The notes under the pieces were generated by a model, which saw nothing but the letters and a program-made list of their open reading frames with translations, did not search any database and was not told the origin of the DNA. A stretch of DNA of 64,000 nt, taken from an uncultured delta proteobacterium. GTDB taxonomy: Bacteria; Desulfobacterota; Binatia; UBA9968. Both the position numbers and the translations under genes were made by a program. Below are positions 9,474 to 19,599 of the stretch, in pieces (positions within the stretch are counted from its first letter, which is position 1; the number at the start of each line of letters is the position of its first letter). The DNA is taken from assembly GCA_963737905.1 (NCBI GenBank), contig CAVTUQ010000032.1, forward strand, positions 21,096-85,095, written 5' to 3'.

Positions 9474-9764
9474 CTACTCTCTTCCGTTGCGCGTCGCTAG
9501 CCATACAGCCAGCATGCCCATGACGAATCCGATCGCCAAGCCCATAGCCACAGACCGCAGCGGTTCGTGCTTGATGCGATGGGTCGCATCGTCTATCAAA
9601 TCTTCCGTTGCGGCACGACCCCGCCTGGCCAACCGCCGGGCAGCAATCACTCGGTCTTCGACGGCCTGAGAAGCTTCGGTCTTGAGCCGCGAGACTTCAT
9701 CTCCCACTTCCATCAGCCGCTCTCTGGCTTTCCCGAGCAAGCTACTTTTGTCATTCTCTTCCAT
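9474..9764 (-). CDS. DUF883/ElaB-YqjD-like tail-anchored protein
   Basis: Helical N-terminus, IKHEPLRSVAMGLAIGFVMG C-terminal TM; AGGGAGG RBS. Confidence 0.75.
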   Translation of the reverse strand: MEENDKSSLLGKARERLMEVGDEVSRLKTEASQAVEDRVIAARRLARRGRAATEDLIDDATHRIKHEPLRSVAMGLAIGFVMGMLAVWLATRNGRE

Positions 9765-9886
9765 AGTGATCCCTCCCTTTGTTTACGGTTTTGTTACTTC
9801 GATCGACCAAAGCTTTGCACAACTTGGAGATTAAATGAATAGGAACGGTTCTAATGAAACTTATTTCGACGCGCTGACCGTTTACT

Positions 9887-9924
9887 ATCCGGGATTCTCT
9901 GATTTAAGCTTCCAAATCCCTTAG
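9887..9924 (-). promoter_or_regulatory. Box-A copy 2
   Basis: ATCCGG GATTC TCTGAT TTAAGCTTCCAAATCCCTTAG. Confidence 0.75.
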
Positions 9925-9994
9925 AGAAGGAGAGACGTAGAGTCCAGCCGCATGACCCTTGGAGGGCCCTATCGATGGGTATAATCATCTACCG

Positions 9995-10441
9995 CTATTT
10001 CTTGAGCTTGATTGTTACACCGCTCGGCGCCAGTTGAAGCAAGGCTTCTTCAGAATCTCCTCGCAGATGCAAGACGACGCCGTTTTTGTTGCGCATGAAT
10101 ATGCCGCCCATAGTCCCCGCCAAGGCAAATCCGGCCTCGCCGGCTAAGTAGGTTCCTTCAAACTTGGAGACGTCTGTCAGATTGTAAACTTCTCCCACCG
10201 CGCTCGCTTTGGCGATCCCAATATCAACGAGTGTGAGACCGTTGACGGCGAACAGCTGGTGCTTGCCTTTGAAAATCAGCCTACCATCGCCCCAGTTAAC
10301 CCCGACCGCCAGGGCAATCGAATTGCTTTCGATCGATATTTTTCCAGACGGTGCTGGGCTTTGCCCGTAAGCGTCATGGGTCGCACAGACCGCCAACAAA
10401 ACGAATTGCGTGAGCACAGCGAATATTGGAACTTTGACCAT
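9995..10441 (-). CDS. Secreted beta-rich protein, DUF1134/EipA-like
   Basis: Signal peptide; GVNWGDG.L.FKG, GEVYNL..F.G.Y and MRN.NGVV motifs. Confidence 0.7.
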   Translation of the reverse strand: MVKVPIFAVLTQFVLLAVCATHDAYGQSPAPSGKISIESNSIALAVGVNWGDGRLIFKGKHQLFAVNGLTLVDIGIAKASAVGEVYNLTDVSKFEGTYLAGEAGFALAGTMGGIFMRNKNGVVLHLRGDSEEALLQLAPSGVTIKLKK

Positions 10442-10642
10442 AGGACTCTCCTCGTGTAGTGATTAAACCAGACGAAGTACCAACGCGTGCGACAGTACAC
10501 TAGAAACTCTTCCCCGTGCCACAAAAGATCCCGGGATCAATATTCTGTGCATCCCGAAACGGAGTGCTCAAAGCCACGAACTGAATCTGGGATACGGGGG
10601 GTTACTCAGAAGAAACTTACTTTGGGTGGTCTACGATTCGCT

Positions 10643-10683
10643 ATCGGGGCTGCCCTGATTTTTGCCTGCCAAATCCCTTAAGG
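10643..10683 (-). promoter_or_regulatory. Box-A copy 3
   Basis: ATCGGG GCTGC CCTGAT TTTTGCCTGCCAAATCCCTTAAGG. Confidence 0.8.
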
Positions 10684-10769
10684 CCTAAGGGGTGGCGCCT
10701 AACCACTCGTCATCTTTTGTGCTTCTTTCGCGCTATGACCAAAAAACGCGAAGTCACCGCTTTATCATT

Positions 10770-13321
10770 TCACTCCATTTTGCGCGATTCGTGGTCGCCC
10801 GGGGAGAGGAGTTCTCTTATTTGCTTGTCCACCGATTTCAAATTGAGATCGCGCTGCGGGAACGGCATTTCTATTCCGGCTGCGTGAAGCGCTTGGAGCA
10901 ACGCGATGGAGAGCCGGCTCTTGGTGTCAAGATTAGCCTGCACGAGCGTCCAAACCCGCAAGCCAAAATTGAGCGCGCTTTCGCCGAAGCCCTGGAAAAC
11001 CACTGCGGGAGCAGGGTCTTTGAGAACACTGGAATCCGCTGCGGTGACGGCGAGCATTACCTCCATTACCTTCTGCAGATCGGAACCGTAGGCAACTCCG
11101 ATGTTAATCTCAATCCTCCGCCACGGATCCGTCAAGGTCCAGTTCATGAGTTTCTCGGAAATCAAGGTTGCGTTCGGAATGATGGCATCGGCGCCATCCC
11201 CGGTACTAATCGTGCTCGAACGGATACCGATATTCTTCACAATGCCTGAGACACCGCCGACTTCGATGGTATCTCCGGGATGGATGGGACGCTCAAACAA
11301 AAGAATCAGCCCTGAAAGAAAATTGTTGACGATATTTTGCAGGCCGAAACCGATACCGACGCCGAAGGCGCCGGCCAGCAACGTGAAGCGATTCAAGTCC
11401 ACTCCCGCCATGCCCAAAGCGACAAAAAAACCGAACAACAGGATCGCGTAGTAGACCGTGGTCGTAATCATCACGGGGATACCCCGGCCGACCCGCATCC
11501 TCGGAAAGACATCTTCCTCCAGGAGAAGCCGAACTCCCCGCGAGATCAGCATCGCCGCCGTTAGAACTAAACCAAAAGCGATGATGTCCCAGAGCGAGAA
11601 ATCCACTCGTCCTTCCCGGATCGGCGAAGTCAGAAAATCCGTGACCGCTTTGACGACGTTGTCCTTCACCGTAAAAAATCGGAGCGATCGCTTCAAGGGA
11701 CAGCACAAACGCGGCAAAGTTAAGAATACGAAAACCCCAGTGGGAAATGCTGCCGCCGTAACGTTTGACCACCGCAAGGGAGCGGGCCAGATCCGTGTCG
11801 AGAAAGACGGCGAATAGGATAGCTAGCGCTTTGGTCGCGCCAAAGATTGCGAATACCGCGTATGCGCTGTAAAGGACGCCGGTGCCCAACAATTTAGCGA
11901 GCTCGAAATATCCCAGGATGTTTGCGACGACCGAGATGCAGACAAGCAACAGGGTTATCCGGAAAAGGGAAATTAGATAGGCCGGTGTGGCCGTCTCAGT
12001 GAATAACCGCCTGACCCGAGCGAGCGTCAACAGCCAAATCAAAACGATGATGGCGATGATACCGAGAACGAGAAAAGCAAGCCGATCCACGATCGGCACC
12101 GCAAGGAGCAAATCTAGCGCGCTGTCGAAGATGTAGAAAGCGGCAACGGTGAAGAGAACTGGCCGGGCCGCCGGGTGGATCAGGCGCGGAAGCAATCGAA
12201 GTACTGGAATCAAAAGCAGCAAGGCTTCCAAAACTCTGATGAGGCGCGGGGCGTTGGCGGTGAAAAAAACCAGGGATAAGACAAGGGTAATAAGAAGCGC
12301 CAAGGACGCCGGGCGCTTGAGAAAGTGCGTAGCTTCTTCGAAAATTCCGGTGATCTTGTGTCCATTGCGCCACTTTCTGGCTCAAGAGTACGGACACGAT
12401 GAGGATCAAGAAGAAGAATCCGACGACCAGGCAGACGCCCAAGAGATGACTTCGCAAAAACTCGAGGGCGTCCGCAAATTGCCGGGAGAGCAAGGCGCCA
12501 ATTTCACCCGCGGCTGGCCCGACGCGCTGCCACTCTGTCTTGACCTGCCAAAGGGGAACTCGGTCCGCCACGATAAGGCTCTCCTGGAAACGCGCCCTGC
12601 CCAGGGCAACGTTGTCCAGAACCTCTGAGATCGCGGTCTCTCGTTGGTAGAGCTGATTCTCCAGCACGAGGGCCGCGTCGAGTCGTTTACGCGTCTCCGC
12701 TTTGACTTTTGTGATCTCACCGAGTACGCCACGGATCGCGCGCTCAACTTCCCGCGGCAAAGAACCCGGAGGAGAAGCCTTGAGCGTCAGTTCCCACGTC
12801 TGTTCTTCCTGATCGACGAGAGTGAAATCCCGGTAGAGCTGGCTCGTCCACCGTGAGATTGCCTGTTGCATTTTGACAAGCCTGGCCGCCCGATTTTTCC
12901 AGGAGATTTCCAGGTCTGAAAGTTGCTCCGGCCGCAGCGACTTGGCGATGGCCGATTCAGCGGTCTTCGCCTCCCCAGCAAAAGTATTCCGTGTCGCTTC
13001 AATTTCTTTGGCTATCTCCACCACTTCAGAGGGTTGAACCCTTTCAGCAACCTCGCGGATTTGCCGCCGCGAGCTTTCTAGCCGCTTGGACACGTCGCTC
13101 AATGGAATGGGCTCAACGACAGGCGCGACGTTCGGTGTCGTCGGAGGTTTAGTTTGGGGCGTCTCGCTTTGCTGTGGAGCTGTATTCTCTGGCTTGGGCA
13201 CGAGCTGGCCGGGAGCCGCTGCGAGCGCGGCAAGCGGCAAGAACAGCCAAATCCCAACGAGCGCGAGCAAGCGCATGAAAGAGAGGCATCGATGTGGCGC
13301 GGTTTTCAGGTGAAAAGGCAT
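10770..13321 (-). pseudogene. Large MscS/MscK-like mechanosensitive channel split by two frameshifts (~12345, ~11700)
   Basis: Three overlapping ORFs give signal peptide/coiled coil, TM region and MscS core (GVGIGFGLQNIVNNF.SGLILL.ERP..GD, IGVAYGSD, GIEMPFPQRD). Confidence 0.88.
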
Positions 13322-13401
13322 GAAGCGATTTAATGAACGACCCTACATCAAAGACTTGAATAGCGGAAGGGTGGAATAATGGATCCGTACCTGGGTCAAG
13401 A

Positions 13402-14490
13402 TCAGGTGACTATTGAACGTCTTCTCCAGATTCGACCATCGAGCCAGTAGTGGCAGAAAAGTCCACCCACTCCGAGCGGGGCGAGCCATTGGAACTGATA
13501 CCAACCGCCTGTGATTGCTCCCGCAAGACCGATCAGAGGCCAGAGCGCGAAAGAAGCGGCGAATCGTATCTCAGAGTGAGCACTCCCTTTTGGGAACTTC
13601 TCCAGTTCATCGCCACGCATGGATAACTTCGCCATGGCGTAGGTGAAATAGAGATACTGCACCTCGTGGTGGACGGCGAGCACGAGTAGGTAGGAAGCAT
13701 TCGTGGCACCGAGCACATAGGCGCTGCCAAAGGCCACAGCGTGGGCAAGCACAACCCACCGCTCGCCCGGATGCAAGGTTTCAACATTTCGTGTTTCCAC
13801 AATTTTCGATTCGGGCCGCTGCTGTGTCTGTCGCCATGTCCATACGAAATAGGCGACGACCCAGCCGACCGAGATTAAGCCCAATCCCCAGGCAACCTCT
13901 GCACCAGCGCCGATCGCATAGTACGCGTCGCCTTCATATTTTTCCGGCGCCAGATGGCCGTACAAGAAAACCGCGGCGATCATAGGCAGATAGATCGCGC
14001 CGGAAAAAAGCCGGCTGTGCAGTGACGAGATCGGCCCGCCGGCCTGACGCTGGTAAAATCTGGCGACCCCAAGACTCTGCCGCCCGCGATGCCAGACCGC
14101 GGCATACATGGCAATCGATGTGAGCAACACCGATTGGCCGCTTGTCGCAAGCGCGTAGGTCGCCACAAGAATTATCAGCGGGATAATGAGCACATCGACG
14201 GGAAGACGGCGCCAGAGCCGGCGGCGCGCTATAGCGTCGTAGGTTGCACCTAGATGGAGCTCAGAAAATACCAGATCGATCCAGTCGAGCTCGCGATCTC
14301 CACAAAGAACAATCAGGGCAAGCGCCGCCAGTAATCCGCCTGAAGCGCCGGCGGATGCGAGCCAAAAGTCGGCGCGCTCTGAGATCAGCCAGGTGCGCGT
14401 TTTCGGAATGGGGGCAGTTTGTTTCGGTATTGCGCCGGCGTCGCTCACCGATGAGAGCTGAGCATAGGAGGGTACATGGTTGCTGTACAC
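13402..14490 (-). CDS. Polytopic membrane protein with four His-containing motifs, function unknown
   Basis: Multiple TM segments; ELHLGATY, WHRGRQ, VHHEVQY, CHYWLD. Start uncertain because it abuts the mobile element. Confidence 0.75.
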   Translation of the reverse strand: MYSNHVPSYAQLSSVSDAGAIPKQTAPIPKTRTWLISERADFWLASAGASGGLLAALALIVLCGDRELDWIDLVFSELHLGATYDAIARRRLWRRLPVDVLIIPLIILVATYALATSGQSVLLTSIAMYAAVWHRGRQSLGVARFYQRQAGGPISSLHSRLFSGAIYLPMIAAVFLYGHLAPEKYEGDAYYAIGAGAEVAWGLGLISVGWVVAYFVWTWRQTQQRPESKIVETRNVETLHPGERWVVLAHAVAFGSAYVLGATNASYLLVLAVHHEVQYLYFTYAMAKLSMRGDELEKFPKGSAHSEIRFAASFALWPLIGLAGAITGGWYQFQWLAPLGVGGLFCHYWLDGRIWRRRSIVT

Positions 14491-14504
14491 TGAATCAGTA
14501 CACT

Positions 14505-15436
14505 GTGTCAGACTTGCCTAAATCTACTAACTCTTAGTCGTTTCTTTTGCAACGCCCGGCTGATGTTGGACGGATGACAAACGAGAAACCCGGCGACTTC
14601 AGAAGCAAGGTAGCCTTGTTCAAAGACCGCCTCGCGGATGAATCGATCCCGAGCCGCCACGATCCTGGCCATCCGTCCCTTGCGCCGCAACGTTTTCGGG
14701 TCGAGCCCAGCTTGAGTAGCCAGTTTTTTGACGATGTCTTCCAAAGGGATTCGCCTCGATGTGGGCGGCGCCGTTTTCTCTTTGGCCAATTGCTTGACGA
14801 ATTTCTCTGGACCCAAAAACGGCGCCTGTTCCCCCGGATGCCATTCCGCGCGGTAACCCTCCTTCACTCCGTCGCGTATGAATTCTTCATATCGGGCTGC
14901 ATTTCCTAGCTCTTCCATCACCGGTCCAGGATCGATCAGCCCGCGCTTTTGTTTACCCAAGTACTCCCCATGCCCGCTCCACGGCCATTCTATCGGCCGC
15001 TTCACCACACCGGCGCGCACGGGATTAAGATGAATATACCGTACCAACTCCATTAAATAGCTATCTTGATCGCATAGAATCGCTTTGTAGCGCCCTTGAA
15101 ACAAATGACCCCTATGGTGATGGGTGCGGTTAAATCGCTTGACGTAGCTGGTTAGAAGCGATTGCAGGATACGTGCGGTCGAGAAGCGTTGAACTTCCAA
15201 AAGTAAATGGAAATGGTTGGACATCAAGACGTAAGCATAAAGGTAAAACGGATAACGCTTGCGGACAACTTGCAGTGCTTCCAGAAACGCTTCGTAGTCG
15301 TATTGCCTTAAGAAGATCCTCTGCCCGTTATTCCCACGGGCTATGACATGATAGAGCAATCCTTCTGCATGTACTCGAAGATGCCGTGGCATGAACCGGG
15401 AATATCAAAGTTAGTGGAGTTAGGCAAGTCTGACAC
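14505..15436. mobile_element. 932-bp element: HUH/Y1 transposase bounded by 28-bp terminal inverted repeats
   Basis: Left 14505-14532 GTGTCAGACTTGCCTAAATCTACTAACT; right 15409-15436 revcomp GTGTCAGACTTGCCTAACTCCACTAACT (26/28 identical). Confidence 0.85.
14508..15392 (-). CDS. RAYT-like Y1 (HUH) transposase with C-terminal DnaA_C-like HTH
   Basis: YHVIARGN, AYVLMSNHFHLL (HUH), FQGRYKA, RYIHLNPVRAG (catalytic Tyr), WPWSG. Confidence 0.92.
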   Translation of the reverse strand: MPRHLRVHAEGLLYHVIARGNNGQRIFLRQYDYEAFLEALQVVRKRYPFYLYAYVLMSNHFHLLLEVQRFSTARILQSLLTSYVKRFNRTHHHRGHLFQGRYKAILCDQDSYLMELVRYIHLNPVRAGVVKRPIEWPWSGHGEYLGKQKRGLIDPGPVMEELGNAARYEEFIRDGVKEGYRAEWHPGEQAPFLGPEKFVKQLAKEKTAPPTSRRIPLEDIVKKLATQAGLDPKTLRRKGRMARIVAARDRFIREAVFEQGYLASEVAGFLVCHPSNISRALQKKRLRVSRFRQV

Positions 15437-15600
15437 TAATCACTAATTATTGGTTTGTTCGGCGCGACGACGGTAATCTCGGTGTCGCTCACGACCATGC
15501 GCCGCGAGCACAAAGATTTGTCCCCACTTACAACCCTATGTGCAAGTGGATAACGGCTATGTGGCTTTCTTAAACCGGCTCAGGCTACACTGAAGTCTTC

Positions 15601-16200
15601 TTAGCTCTTGAGCGCCTCCGGTACCGGCATCTTGAGAAGGGTCAGGACCTCGGCTGCCTTAACCTTTACAGAGCTCGCTTTAGCCACTGCGTCCATCAGG
15701 TTACCGCCCTTCGAAGCCTCAGTCGCCGCCGTCCATTGCTGCGTGATCTCGTTCAGACCGGCTTTTGCTTGGGCCAGGGTTTCCGCCGACATTCCGGCCG
15801 GAAGCTTCTTACTCTGCGAAAGGATATCCACGCGGCTTTTAATCGCCTCTACCACCCGGGGCATCCCGGAGCTCAATCCTTCCCAGCTTTTCGTAAGCTC
15901 CGCTTTTTTCTTGGCCGCAGCACTGGCCAACTCCTGGGCTTTGGACGTGACTGTCGACGCGTCCGACATCACGGCTTTGTAATCGCCCTTGTTGAATTTC
16001 TCTCTCATGGCTGCCAAAGCAGAATCCAACGAGTTTGCCTGGTCCGGCATGTATTTACTCACCTCGCCTTTTGCAGTGTTGATGGCCTCCTCCGCTGCCT
16101 TGAGCGCCGTCTCCGCCGGGCCTTTGTCGGCGTTGCCACAAGCCGCTAGCACCGCGGCGGCTAGAATCATGACGAAAAAATTATAAACGTGTCGATGCAT
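15601..16200 (-). CDS. Helical lipoprotein, function unknown
   Basis: Lipobox LAAC; Ala/Lys-rich helices; AAGGAG RBS. Confidence 0.8.
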   Translation of the reverse strand: MHRHVYNFFVMILAAAVLAACGNADKGPAETALKAAEEAINTAKGEVSKYMPDQANSLDSALAAMREKFNKGDYKAVMSDASTVTSKAQELASAAAKKKAELTKSWEGLSSGMPRVVEAIKSRVDILSQSKKLPAGMSAETLAQAKAGLNEITQQWTAATEASKGGNLMDAVAKASSVKVKAAEVLTLLKMPVPEALKS

Positions 16201-16247
16201 GACTTCTCCTTTTCATCGAATATGTTGGCTTCCGAGAATGCTGAAGC

Positions 16248-16502
16248 TCATGGAATGCGAAGCTTCTGACCGATGTTGATCCGGTTCGGGTCTTTGAGAG
16301 TGTCCCGGTTAGCATCGAAAATTTTCGGGTACAGGTTGCCGTCGCCGTAGTACTGCTCAGCAATTTTCCAGAGTGTTTCGCCCTTCTTGACTTCATGCCA
16401 CTGAGTCGTATCAAAGGCATCTGCATCGCTTTCAGTTTTATTTTCGTCCGTGGGACCGATATCGGGTATTGCCCACGGGTCGGGGGTTTTTTTGTCTTCC
16501 AT
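16248..16502 (-). CDS. LysM peptidoglycan-binding protein (Kbp/YgaU C-terminal-like)
   Basis: HEVKKGETLWKIAEQYYGDG.LYPKIFDANR..LKDPNRI..GQKLRIP. Confidence 0.9.
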   Translation of the reverse strand: MEDKKTPDPWAIPDIGPTDENKTESDADAFDTTQWHEVKKGETLWKIAEQYYGDGNLYPKIFDANRDTLKDPNRINIGQKLRIP

Positions 16503-16657
16503 AAAGTCCTCCTCTGTCTGGTTAATCGGCTAAGACAGTCTAGTGTTCCGATTTGATCTTCTGGTAGAACCCAAAACTCGAAACCACAAAATTGCAAACT
16601 CGCCTACGGAAAGCCGTCTGTCTGTTTCGTCACTACTCCAGTAGTTGGCTGACTGCT

Positions 16658-16697
16658 ATCGGGATTTTCCTGATTTCGGCCTCCGAAATCCTTTACG
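16658..16697 (-). promoter_or_regulatory. Box-A copy 4
   Basis: ATCGGG ATTTT CCTGAT TTCGGCCTCCGAAATCCTTTACG. Confidence 0.8.
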
Positions 16698-16708
16698 AGA
16701 CATACCAA

Positions 16709-17260
16709 TCACTTCGGCACATACGCGATCTGCTGGCCGCCAAGGGATGCCTCTGCCATCGCACCCCCCGTCGGCCTAACGAACACCGCCACGCCGTCAA
16801 CGAACTGGGCACCCATGGCGGCGCCTTTATCCGCGATAACCGCGGAAGCGTTGGCGCCGAAGTCAATTTCATTTCGTTTGAATTTATCCATCGCCGGCTC
16901 ATTCTCGAAAACGATCAGCTGGCTATAGTCCTGGAACCCGGCCTGAAACCCCACCGACATCTGGGTTAGATCGGCATAGCCGATGTGTTGACCTTTCTCG
17001 TAAACGACACCTTGACCATGGGCTCCACCAACGACCAGGCCGCCTTTGGTGATCTCCGGGAAGAAAGCGAAGCCGTAACCCTTCTTGGCAAAGGCCTCAA
17101 ACTGGGGATCGACTTTATTCCATTCCTGCCTCGATGCCTGGGCGCTCTTCAAAAGCGCGTCTCCCTCCTCCTTGGTGACCGAGCCTGTGCTGCAGCCGGA
17201 CAGTAACCCCACGACCAGTGCCATCACAACAATGGCGCATTTCTTTGATGTCGATGTCAT
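16709..17260 (-). CDS. YSC84/SYLF-related lipid-binding lipoprotein
   Basis: Lipobox LSGC; FP.ITKGGLVVGG..G.G, SVGFQAG.Q, GAMAEASLGGQ; AAGGAGG before ATG 17260. Confidence 0.85.
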   Translation of the reverse strand: MTSTSKKCAIVVMALVVGLLSGCSTGSVTKEEGDALLKSAQASRQEWNKVDPQFEAFAKKGYGFAFFPEITKGGLVVGGAHGQGVVYEKGQHIGYADLTQMSVGFQAGFQDYSQLIVFENEPAMDKFKRNEIDFGANASAVIADKGAAMGAQFVDGVAVFVRPTGGAMAEASLGGQQIAYVPK

Positions 17261-17462
17261 AAATCCTCCTTCACGGAAGGTTGTTCGTACTCCTACAAAA
17301 TTCAGCACGAAGGGTAAATGAATTTCTATTTCACCGCTCATCCGCGCATCACGGCCATTGCAGGTCGCAAGCTACCTTTTCTCCACCACCAATTCAGTTC
17401 GCTGGTTTTTCGCCCGGCCTCCCCGGTGTCGTCCCGCACTACACACTGCGCTGTGCCGAAAT

Positions 17463-17954
17463 CTAGACCTTGACCCCGAGTGCAGTGGACAGATCCTTGA
17501 TCGTCGCGGCTTCTTGCTCGCTCACTTGCGTGCCGCCAAAGCCAAGGAATCCGCCCTCCTTGGCGGCCTCGGCGACCTTCTGCGAAACGGAGACAAGCCA
17601 CTGCTTGAACCCTTGAGCTTCGTCTGGTTTCGCTTTCTTCTCGATGAGCGCGGCCACCTGCCGCACACTGTCAATCGAATAGCTCTTTACCTGGTCCGGC
17701 GTTTTGCCTTTCAGTTCCGCCGGAGCGCTCAAGTCTCGCGCTCCCGCCTCAATGTCGGCTACCAGCGCTTTGATCAGTTCATTGGATGATCCTTGCGTCT
17801 TGACTTCGCCGAGCATTTTCCCCACCGCGAACATTTCCTTTACCACTCCGAACGGGCCACTCGGACTGGCCGCAACTACAGCCAGACCCGCCATGAAAGG
17901 CGCGCGCTGGATCTCTTTCCACTCTTCCGCCGTAAAATCCGCCTTCGTCGCCAT
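17463..17954 (-). CDS. Conserved hypothetical protein (MATKADFTAEEW type)
   Basis: Strong RBS; VAEAAKEGGFLGFGG..VSE.E motif. Confidence 0.8.
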   Translation of the reverse strand: MATKADFTAEEWKEIQRAPFMAGLAVVAASPSGPFGVVKEMFAVGKMLGEVKTQGSSNELIKALVADIEAGARDLSAPAELKGKTPDQVKSYSIDSVRQVAALIEKKAKPDEAQGFKQWLVSVSQKVAEAAKEGGFLGFGGTQVSEQEAATIKDLSTALGVKV

Positions 17955-18053
17955 AAATACCTCCTCTTTTTTTGTGAGGCCGATTAGAGCTGCTAATGCG
18001 ATGATGCCACCTCTGATTATCGAGAGTCCTATCGCGGCGGCGGTGCACGCTCC

Positions 18054-18093
18054 ATCGGGATTACCCGTATTTTGGGGTTCTAAATACCCTAGC
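18054..18093 (-). promoter_or_regulatory. Box-A copy 5
   Basis: ATCGGG ATTAC CCGTAT TTTGGGGTTCTAAATACCCTAG. Confidence 0.75.
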
Positions 18094-18212
18094 GAGCTAC
18101 TGAAAAGCTATACTCGTGCTTCGAGACCTCAGCACGAAAGGAAAATCTCCAATGATCTCAACCGCCTCTCCGTTCGCCTTAGAACAGAGCAGTCATCGGT
18201 TTAGCAGATCTC

Positions 18213-18953
18213 TTATCTGCGAGGTCGGTCGCCCTCGACGGGAACTCTCCTTGATGGATCTTCCTCACCGAGCCAGAGGTAGGTCCATCCGGCGAGTATA
18301 GCGCCTATGATCGGCGCCAGCCAGAAGAGCCAAAGCTGGGAGAGGGCCCAGCCTCCGACAAAGATTGCCGGGCCTGTACTTCGGGCCGGATTGACGGAGG
18401 TATTGGTGACGGGGATGCTGATCAAATGGATGAGTGTCAACGCAAGGCCGATGGCGATACCGGCAAACCCGGCAGGCGCGCGCCCGTGGGTGGAACCCAA
18501 GATAATAATGAGAAACATATAGGTCATCACAATTTCGCAGACCAAAGAGGCAAAGAGAGAGTAGCCGCCCGGAGAATGGGCTGCATAGCCGTTGGCGGCA
18601 AACCCGCTTTGAACGAGATCGAAACCCGGTTTGCCTGTGGCGATGAGATAGATCACAAAAGCGCCGGCAATCGCGCCGAGCACCTGCGCTATAATGTACG
18701 GAAATAAATCGGAAGTGGGGAAACGCTTGCCCGCCCACAAGCCGAAAGAAACAGCCGGGTTGAGATGGCAACCAGAGATGTGACCAACGGCGTATACCAT
18801 CGTTAGGACGGTTAGACCGAAAGCAAGAGCGACTCCGTAAAAGCCGATCCCGAGATCGGGAAAGGCCGCCGCTAAAACCGCGCTCCCGCATCCCCCGAGC
18901 ACCAACCACAAGGTTCCAATAAACTCTGCTGCAAGACGCTTGGATAAAGGCAT
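18213..18953 (-). CDS. aqpZ: Aquaporin Z
   Basis: [12 protein letters not shown] and TSVNPARS (two NPA motifs); [21 protein letters not shown]. Confidence 0.96.
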   Translation of the reverse strand: MPLSKRLAAEFIGTLWLVLGGCGSAVLAAAFPDLGIGFYGVALAFGLTVLTMVYAVGHISGCHLNPAVSFGLWAGKRFPTSDLFPYIIAQVLGAIAGAFVIYLIATGKPGFDLVQSGFAANGYAAHSPGGYSLFASLVCEIVMTYMFLIIILGSTHGRAPAGFAGIAIGLALTLIHLISIPVTNTSVNPARSTGPAIFVGGWALSQLWLFWLAPIIGAILAGWTYLWLGEEDPSRRVPVEGDRPRR

Positions 18954-19010
18954 GAGTCCCTCCTCGTGTCCAGTCTTCCCTGAGCGTAATTGAGCGGTCT
19001 ATGCTCCGCT

Positions 19011-19050
19011 ATCGGGTTTTCCCTTATTTTGGGGTTCTAAATATCTTAGG
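19011..19050 (-). promoter_or_regulatory. Box-A copy 6 (upstream of aqpZ)
   Basis: ATCGGG TTTTC CCTTAT TTTGGGGTTCTAAATATCTTAGG. Confidence 0.75.
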
Positions 19051-19074
19051 GACGGCCGGTTCATAGTCAGGAGA

Positions 19075-19542
19075 TCAAGAACCACTTTGGCGGCGAGGAG
19101 AAAGCTTCTCCGGTTCTCGTTTGAGGTCTGCCCAATAGGAGAACCCTTCACTGTCCTTAGCTTCAGCTCTAAGTATGCGTTCGGAACTTCCGGAATCCGC
19201 AAAAAGCTGCAGTGTCATCTGGCCGCCCTTATCGGATTTGGCGCTGAGCTTGCCGTCAGTTAAAACTAACTTTCCTTTCCCGGCGAACACCCCGATCATC
19301 CGATAGCTGACGAACTCGTACGCTCCCGTTTCACCGATGGCGAGAGTCACCCAGTCGTCGTCTCGATTCCGGGGATTTCGAACCAAGAGTCCTTCCCATT
19401 TTCCAGCAACACTCTTCATATCGGTTACTGTGGTCGGCTGCCATTGCCGTTTTTCTTTAGGATCCATCAAGCTGCATGCGACCATCCCTTGCACCGCAAC
19501 GATCACCGCAATCATCCCTAAACTTCGTTTGAGTCTTGTCAT
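19075..19542 (-). CDS. Hypothetical lipoprotein
   Basis: Lipobox MVAC; SVAGKWEG beta-barrel-like start; CAGGAG RBS. Confidence 0.75.
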   Translation of the reverse strand: MTRLKRSLGMIAVIVAVQGMVACSLMDPKEKRQWQPTTVTDMKSVAGKWEGLLVRNPRNRDDDWVTLAIGETGAYEFVSYRMIGVFAGKGKLVLTDGKLSAKSDKGGQMTLQLFADSGSSERILRAEAKDSEGFSYWADLKREPEKLSPRRQSGS

Positions 19543-19599
19543 TTTGATCTCCTGTTATTTATATGCCGTCTCGGCTGAAGTGCCACATCGTTGTACTAG

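Noticed and set aside
14508-15600. IS200/IS605 element with TnpB/IscB RNA-guided nuclease
   Set aside because: There is no tnpB or iscB ORF and no room for one between the inverted repeats. The protein has RAYT-type motifs.
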